From assembly GCA_000004985.1 (NCBI GenBank), contig GG738850.1: 64,000 nucleotides of DNA; one strand, 5' to 3'. The stretch comes from Naegleria gruberi (lineage: Eukaryota). Numbering within the stretch: the stretch's first letter is position 1; the number at the start of each line of letters is the position of its first letter. Position numbers and translations under genes: made by a program. Below, one piece after another: positions 58,881-64,000 of the stretch. The notes beneath the pieces are model-generated. The model did not search any database. It worked only from the letters and a program-made list of their open reading frames with translations, and was not told the DNA's origin.

Positions 58881-61800
58881 TTACACATAAATTTCATCAC
58901 CAACAGCAAGGGATACGTGAAGTGGTTTGGACCATGTTTCTTCATTACAAAAATTTAGAGGGAATACACACAAATTTCCTTTCAATTGTTTCAATAGCTT
59001 TCGTTTTTCCTTTTCAGAGAGAGTTGAATCAATTTGCTTACTACTTCCAAAGTTCATGGATCTTAGACGAATATCATTGAAGGAATCTTTTGATTCTTCA
59101 TGAATTTCAATTTCTTCCTCTTTTGATTTCTTTGGCTCCTTTGCATCTGACGATTTCTCCTTCTTCTTTTCTTCCTTTACACTACCTTCCTTATTGACAT
59201 TTAATCGGGCAGATTGTAAATATTGTTCCATTGTTTTAAACTTGTCAGAAATGACAGAGTCTGGAAAGACAGTTTCATAGATCTGTGAATTATGTTTGGC
59301 TGTTTTTATCCAAACCTCCTTATAGGTTGCATCACATATTGGATCGTTTCTAATGAGCTTTTTAATCTTGTTTTGTTCTCTCTGCTTTTGCCACTTTTTC
59401 CATCTATCTTGACCTTTGTATCTACCAATTTTCAAATTCAAAATCTTTGGATCATCATCAGAGTCAGATTCATGTTCATTATCATTCTCTTCCTCAGATT
59501 CAACACGAGAACTTGAGGCTGGTTCATTATCATAGTCATATTCATCCTCATTTTGAGATGGAAGCAAGCCCAAGTGTTCTCTCCAACATCTAATTCTCAA
59601 ACTGTGAGCAAATTTACCAGACTTGTAATGTCTACCATTCATCTTGGTGTGAATGACACTAGTTGGATGATCTTGAATCACCACAGCAATTTCAGAATCT
59701 CTCGTGCCGAGCATACTTCTATCGTTAATGTTGGCACTTCCAATAATTGTAATATAATCGTCAACAATCATCATCTTGCTATGTACATAGATATGCTCAG
59801 TAACAGCCTTTTTGCCATAATCAGTTGTTTTCATCATCATGAGAGCTCTGAATCTATCACTGTTAGTTGTGAAGGAATCTTCACTCGATTCTTCTTGATC
59901 TTCAATGTCTGTATATGCATCTGACCCCAATCTGATAGTATTGGTGTCCTCGAGAGAGCCTCTCCAATCATTATTTACAAATCCATAGTTTCTCAATGTA
60001 CAAAAGAAGATGTAATTTTCAATGTCCTTATCTGTGGCACCAGTTACATGTTTCTTAATGTAACTGAACATTGAGTTTGGACCATTCTTGATGGTATTAT
60101 ACGAGTATTTCATAATTTGCTGTGTTGTTGATGCAGCCATATCGCCTTCAGGATGTGATGGAACAACAATAATTACTCTGAAAACTTCCTTTGCTTTCAT
60201 CTTTTCAACAACCTTTCTAGCAATATATTCTGGAATGACATTTTTTGGCAAATCTGATGTAGAACCAATAAAGTATTGGTTCTCAATATAAATATAATGT
60301 TTGGCATTATCTATGAGATGGAGATAGGCTGCATAGACACTCTGTTCATCTCGAGGCGAACCACTCCACTTACACAGAGATCTCACTAACTGGGCATTGC
60401 ACAGGAAACCTTCATCTGCGCACTGGAACTTTTTAATCTTTTGCTCCCGAGAATTTCTGGAGGAGTTTACGTTGGCTACTGGAAGGAGGGTCTTGGATTT
60501 GTTGTGGTTGAGATGTTTTTTCTTAATCTTGGGGGCTGAATCAAAAACACTCTTATGTTGATCGATTGATTTGATAACTGGCGAAATCACATCAACATCT
60601 GATGGATCAGTATCAGAGTATTCGAAGTTTTTCTTGAATTGTTCATCGACCTTTTCTTTCAAATCCTGTTCGATTTGCGCCAACTTGTTATCTTCATCCT
60701 CGTACTTTCTTCTTCTATTTCTTGGATCCAATTCGGTGAGTTTGCTGATAATTTCCTTAGCTCTATTACCATCATCATCATCTCCAGATTTAGTACCCTG
60801 AAGAGCTTCATTGAGCGTATTCAAATTGAAGGGATTCAAAAGGAGGTTCTTCTTTTTCTTAATGTCGTAATATTCCAATAGAGGATTCTTTCCAGGATTT
60901 TTCAAAATTAGAGTTTTAAGACTCTTATTTTCCTTTGAATCTTTTGAGCCATTAATTGAAAAATTCCATCTCTCAACAAAATTGAATGAGCAATCTTTGG
61001 CAGCAAGTCCAGTTACACTGCAATGAATATCGTGCCAAGCTTGTCTGGTCGAATATTCTCTATCAATAACATCAGTAAAACTGTCCAATTTATCTGCGTA
61101 CTTGTAGTAGGCGTGATAATTTGGATTTTGGTAATCATTTCCTGGATATTTTGAGTGGGAATGATTCATATCAGTAATGTTATGCTTATAGTCATCCCAC
61201 CTTCCATAACACATGTCCAAACCCCCAAGAAATCCAATCGATTGGTCAATAACAACTAATTTCTGATGGTGAGACCACTCGACTGGATACTGCTTTGGAT
61301 GAGTCTTGACATAAATATTCTTTGGATACAAACTTTTCAGATAATTCTTTGTTTTCTTTGTGTTCAAATTGAGCCCAGCCAAAGATGTTTCATTCCATAA
61401 GAGAATGTATATTCTAACACCTTGACTTGCTTTCTTTTTCAGTAAAATATCCAATCTCGAGTCGGCAACTTCCTTACCATCACCTCTCAAAAGATAAAGA
61501 GTTGGGTGTAGACACCAATCGGCAATGAAAATTTCCTCCTTTGCCAAACTAATAGCAAGTGCAATATCTTGGAAGGCATCCTTTCCGTCGACATACCATT
61601 TGGCTCTAACTTTTTGTCTCTCTGGGGCATATGAATTGAATCTACAAGCTTCACCTTCGGCACCCTTTCTATTATCCAAATGATACATGAGAACGGTGAA
61701 AATCCACTTCATTTTCAATTCTGATGACTCAGAAACAAGGAGGAGCTTTCGTTTTTCATTCTTACTTGCCTTCTTTTTCTTCTCGGATTGAGATCGAACT

Positions 61801-63302
61801 GGAACAATAGGATTCAAAACTAAGCCATCAAACATTTCATCGAAAAATATTTTTGAAAGAGTGATACTGAAAGTGGGAGAAAGAGCCATTGAATTGGTGG
61901 GTCTAGTCGGGAATGAACTAGTTCTATTATGGTTTGGTCTAGAAAAAATTAAAGTGGGGCTGTGTATTTCTGGCTCTTTCTCACCTTCTGAGTCTGATTC
62001 CTCAATATTAATTTGGGATTTTTCAATTTCTTTCAATAGTGGCACAGTAACTATTTGAGTTTCATTTTCAACAGAGTCGATTTTTCTCAAATCAACACTT
62101 AAAACTTTTCTTCTGTCCATGCCCCCAATTGTAAAGTGCTCAGCATCCGTGGTCATATATCCGTTGAGAAAACCTCCTCTAATTTCGATATGAAGTTTAA
62201 CGAACTTGTTATGATCGGCAATATCAGCTGCTATTGACAAATCTCTATCAACAATATCAGAATAGGAGAGGTATAGCTCTCCCTCAAACTCGTATGGATT
62301 TTCACATCTGACAAATTCATCAATTGGTCTCAAAATTGGTAAAAAGAAATTCTCAACAATACCCATCCCATTGAGGAATGTTTGATCCTCCTTGCAAACT
62401 GTCACAAATGTATGTAAATCCATTTTATCCGTAGCTGATTCGGGTGGTGAACCAGTTTCAACTTTTTTGAAAAGTGTCCTGTCATTTTGTGTTGATTTTG
62501 CCTTTTCAAAAAATGATTCCACAACTTGCTCAATATCAGAAGTTTTAGAATTCTTAATAGTTAAAATTCCTACATGTTTTAAGGCTCGCATTAAATTCAC
62601 TAATTTAGATTTTGTAATAAAACCCTCATGGTTATGATCATATAATCCAAAACACCACTCGGCTCTCTCCTCTATTGTTCCTCTACACATTGTACTAATA
62701 GTAACTACAAATCTGTGAAATGTCAAATACTTTCTCTTATTAAAATCACTTGTTGCATTAAATAGGGAATTAATCACAATTTTTTCATAGTCAGTATATG
62801 CATCCTCATATGAAGTTGGTAGTTCCTTATGTGATTTTTCAAAATTTCCTAGATCTAACGAAAATTTATCCATTAATTTTGGAAAGAATATTTTGGCAAA
62901 CTCTCCCACACTTAAATAGAGTGAATAATCCTCTGATTTCTTTGTTGTCTTTTTTGATGGGGTATTCGAGGATTTGTTGGGTGATTGTCCATCACCATCA
63001 TTTAAACATTCCTTACAGAATGATGTAAACAAGCTCCGCAACATTCGGAATTCATCCTTAGCTAAATGTGTTTTCGATAACAATTCCATATCGTTCTTGT
63101 ATCTCTCCAATCTTGCTTGCATGGCTTTTAATTGCTGTTGAAACCTTACATTCTTCTTGCCTGGTGCCAAAATTGCAGGTAACATGGCAAAATCATCTCC
63201 CACATCTCCAGACACAGATGAAATAAAAGCACTAGTCTTGGCACTTTGTGATGATGTTGGTTTCCGATCGGAATCCTTTGATTTTGGAGGTCTTTGTCCC
63301 AT
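58881..63302 (-). CDS. phospholipase D (two HKD motifs) with N-terminal recoverin/NCS-like EF-hand domain
   Basis: HKD1 is HHQKLVVIDQSIGFLGGLDMCYGRWDD. HKD2 is YVHSKMMIVDDYITIIGSANINDRSMLGTRDSE. The N-terminal ~250 aa align to neuronal calcium sensor proteins: FCKECLNDG against FLKECPSG, EFAKIFFPK against EFQTIYSKFFPE, and CRGTIEERAEWCFGLYDHNHEGFITKSKLVNLMRAL against [31 protein letters not shown]. First ATG at 63302 (MGQRPPK); the track start at 63317 is TTG. Confidence 0.9.
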   Translation of the reverse strand: MGQRPPKSKDSDRKPTSSQSAKTSAFISSVSGDVGDDFAMLPAILAPGKKNVRFQQQLKAMQARLERYKNDMELLSKTHLAKDEFRMLRSLFTSFCKECLNDGDGQSPNKSSNTPSKKTTKKSEDYSLYLSVGEFAKIFFPKLMDKFSLDLGNFEKSHKELPTSYEDAYTDYEKIVINSLFNATSDFNKRKYLTFHRFVVTISTMCRGTIEERAEWCFGLYDHNHEGFITKSKLVNLMRALKHVGILTIKNSKTSDIEQVVESFFEKAKSTQNDRTLFKKVETGSPPESATDKMDLHTFVTVCKEDQTFLNGMGIVENFFLPILRPIDEFVRCENPYEFEGELYLSYSDIVDRDLSIAADIADHNKFVKLHIEIRGGFLNGYMTTDAEHFTIGGMDRRKVLSVDLRKIDSVENETQIVTVPLLKEIEKSQINIEESDSEGEKEPEIHSPTLIFSRPNHNRTSSFPTRPTNSMALSPTFSITLSKIFFDEMFDGLVLNPIVPVRSQSEKKKKASKNEKRKLLLVSESSELKMKWIFTVLMYHLDNRKGAEGEACRFNSYAPERQKVRAKWYVDGKDAFQDIALAISLAKEEIFIADWCLHPTLYLLRGDGKEVADSRLDILLKKKASQGVRIYILLWNETSLAGLNLNTKKTKNYLKSLYPKNIYVKTHPKQYPVEWSHHQKLVVIDQSIGFLGGLDMCYGRWDDYKHNITDMNHSHSKYPGNDYQNPNYHAYYKYADKLDSFTDVIDREYSTRQAWHDIHCSVTGLAAKDCSFNFVERWNFSINGSKDSKENKSLKTLILKNPGKNPLLEYYDIKKKKNLLLNPFNLNTLNEALQGTKSGDDDDGNRAKEIISKLTELDPRNRRRKYEDEDNKLAQIEQDLKEKVDEQFKKNFEYSDTDPSDVDVISPVIKSIDQHKSVFDSAPKIKKKHLNHNKSKTLLPVANVNSSRNSREQKIKKFQCADEGFLCNAQLVRSLCKWSGSPRDEQSVYAAYLHLIDNAKHYIYIENQYFIGSTSDLPKNVIPEYIARKVVEKMKAKEVFRVIIVVPSHPEGDMAASTTQQIMKYSYNTIKNGPNSMFSYIKKHVTGATDKDIENYIFFCTLRNYGFVNNDWRGSLEDTNTIRLGSDAYTDIEDQEESSEDSFTTNSDRFRALMMMKTTDYGKKAVTEHIYVHSKMMIVDDYITIIGSANINDRSMLGTRDSEIAVVIQDHPTSVIHTKMNGRHYKSGKFAHSLRIRCWREHLGLLPSQNEDEYDYDNEPASSSRVESEEENDNEHESDSDDDPKILNLKIGRYKGQDRWKKWQKQREQNKIKKLIRNDPICDATYKEVWIKTAKHNSQIYETVFPDSVISDKFKTMEQYLQSARLNVNKEGSVKEEKKKEKSSDAKEPKKSKEEEIEIHEESKDSFNDIRLRSMNFGSSKQIDSTLSEKEKRKLLKQLKGNLCVFPLNFCNEETWSKPLHVSLAVGDEIYV

Positions 63303-63770
63303 TCTCACTTTTATCAACTTGATACAAAATATATCAACAAAATATTCTGATTCCTACAAAATATCAACAATTGTTAACTTGTTGATGATAACACTGGTGT
63401 GATACAATGAACTTTCCTCTTTAAATATCTCAATTGTTTCCAAGTTCTTTGTTGTTTCTTTCTTGATGACCTATTGTTATTTGTTGTTGCTTTTTTTCTT
63501 ATTAAAAAGAGCGAACTGTTTTCTCCTCAACAGCTATTACACTACAAAAATACAATTTCTAAAGTTCAAGCGGGAAAATTTCAAGCAAGGAAAATTCCAA
63601 AACTGAATTTACTTACCCCTTAACTGTATTTCGTTTGTTAGAAATAATGATTTGATGAAGAAGGGAATAAGGTGTTATGAAACATTAAGGGATGGATAAT
63701 GAACAAGATAAATAATAAAACGTCTTCGAGCATAATAGAAATAATGAAGCAACCTGAAGGCCAAAAGCAA

Positions 63771-63843
63771 CTCCCCCTGGTGGGCTCGAACCACCGACCT
63801 GCAGATTAACAGTCTGACGCTCTACCGACTGAGCTAAGGGGGA
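63771..63843 (-). tRNA. tRNA-Asn (anticodon GUU)
   Basis: Reverse complement TCCCCCT-TA-GCTC-AGTCGGTA-GAGC-G-TCAGA-CTGTTAA-TCTGC-AGGTC-GGTGG-TTCGAGC-CCACC-AGGGGGA-G. The acceptor stem is a perfect 7 bp, the D-stem 4 bp, the T-stem 5 bp with TTCGAGC loop, and the anticodon loop is C-U-GUU-A-A. Position 27-43 is a U-C mismatch. Confidence 0.8.
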
Positions 63844-64000
63844 TCACATCAAACTGTTAAAATAAGAAAACAAAGAAATTACAAGTATTTACACCCAAAT
63901 TGTATGTAATCTTTTTCTTCCTGTCATCAGTATTTAATATTCCAAGTATTCCAATACTTTATTCATGTGAATTAGCAATTTGTTTAGCTTTTTTCATTTT

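Noticed and set aside
1-64000. Prokaryotic-style defence island, operon or phage region
   Set aside because: The sequence is eukaryotic nuclear DNA: spliceosomal introns, eukaryotic tRNAs, dynein, CNOT1, CSN2. No Shine-Dalgarno-linked co-directional gene clusters or defence-system domains are present.

Overview
Eukaryotic nuclear DNA, AT-rich and gene-dense: about 25 protein-coding genes in 64 kb on both strands. Introns are rare and short (45-235 nt, canonical GT..AG), and many genes carry an A-run directly before the ATG. Homopolymeric Asn/Gln/His/Ser codon runs are common. One gene is an axonemal-type dynein heavy chain, which implies a flagellated, intron-poor protist. A heterolobosean such as Naegleria is my unverified guess; social amoebae would not carry an axonemal dynein. 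Several ORF-track starts (10591, 12464, 26073, 63317) are TTG codons rather than ATG. Genes I can support by recognisable motifs: an arginase (2 exons), a kinesin-13-like motor with local frame disruptions, a Rab GTPase (3 exons), a PH/LRR/ankyrin protein, CCR4-NOT subunit 1 (about 2,300 aa, with N-terminal exons the ORF track misses), an MFS transporter, three LRR proteins (one with a near-perfect 72-bp tandem array), a DUF4116-repeat protein, an axonemal dynein heavy chain of about 4,550 aa, COP9 signalosome subunit 2, a phospholipase D of about 1,470 aa with an N-terminal recoverin-like EF-hand domain, and tRNA-His(GUG) and tRNA-Asn(GUU). The most unusual structure is a 2.4-kb single-ORF unit bounded by a perfect 9-bp terminal inverted repeat GGTGGCGGT that abuts TTAA on both sides. 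It lies about 60 bp from the tRNA-His gene in a convergent intergenic region, so it looks like a cut-and-paste DNA transposon. It encodes a protein of about 630 aa with zinc-finger motifs and a C-terminal CXC cysteine cluster. A 50-N assembly gap (31561-31610) truncates two convergent genes. I see no prokaryotic-style operons, CRISPR arrays or defence islands.
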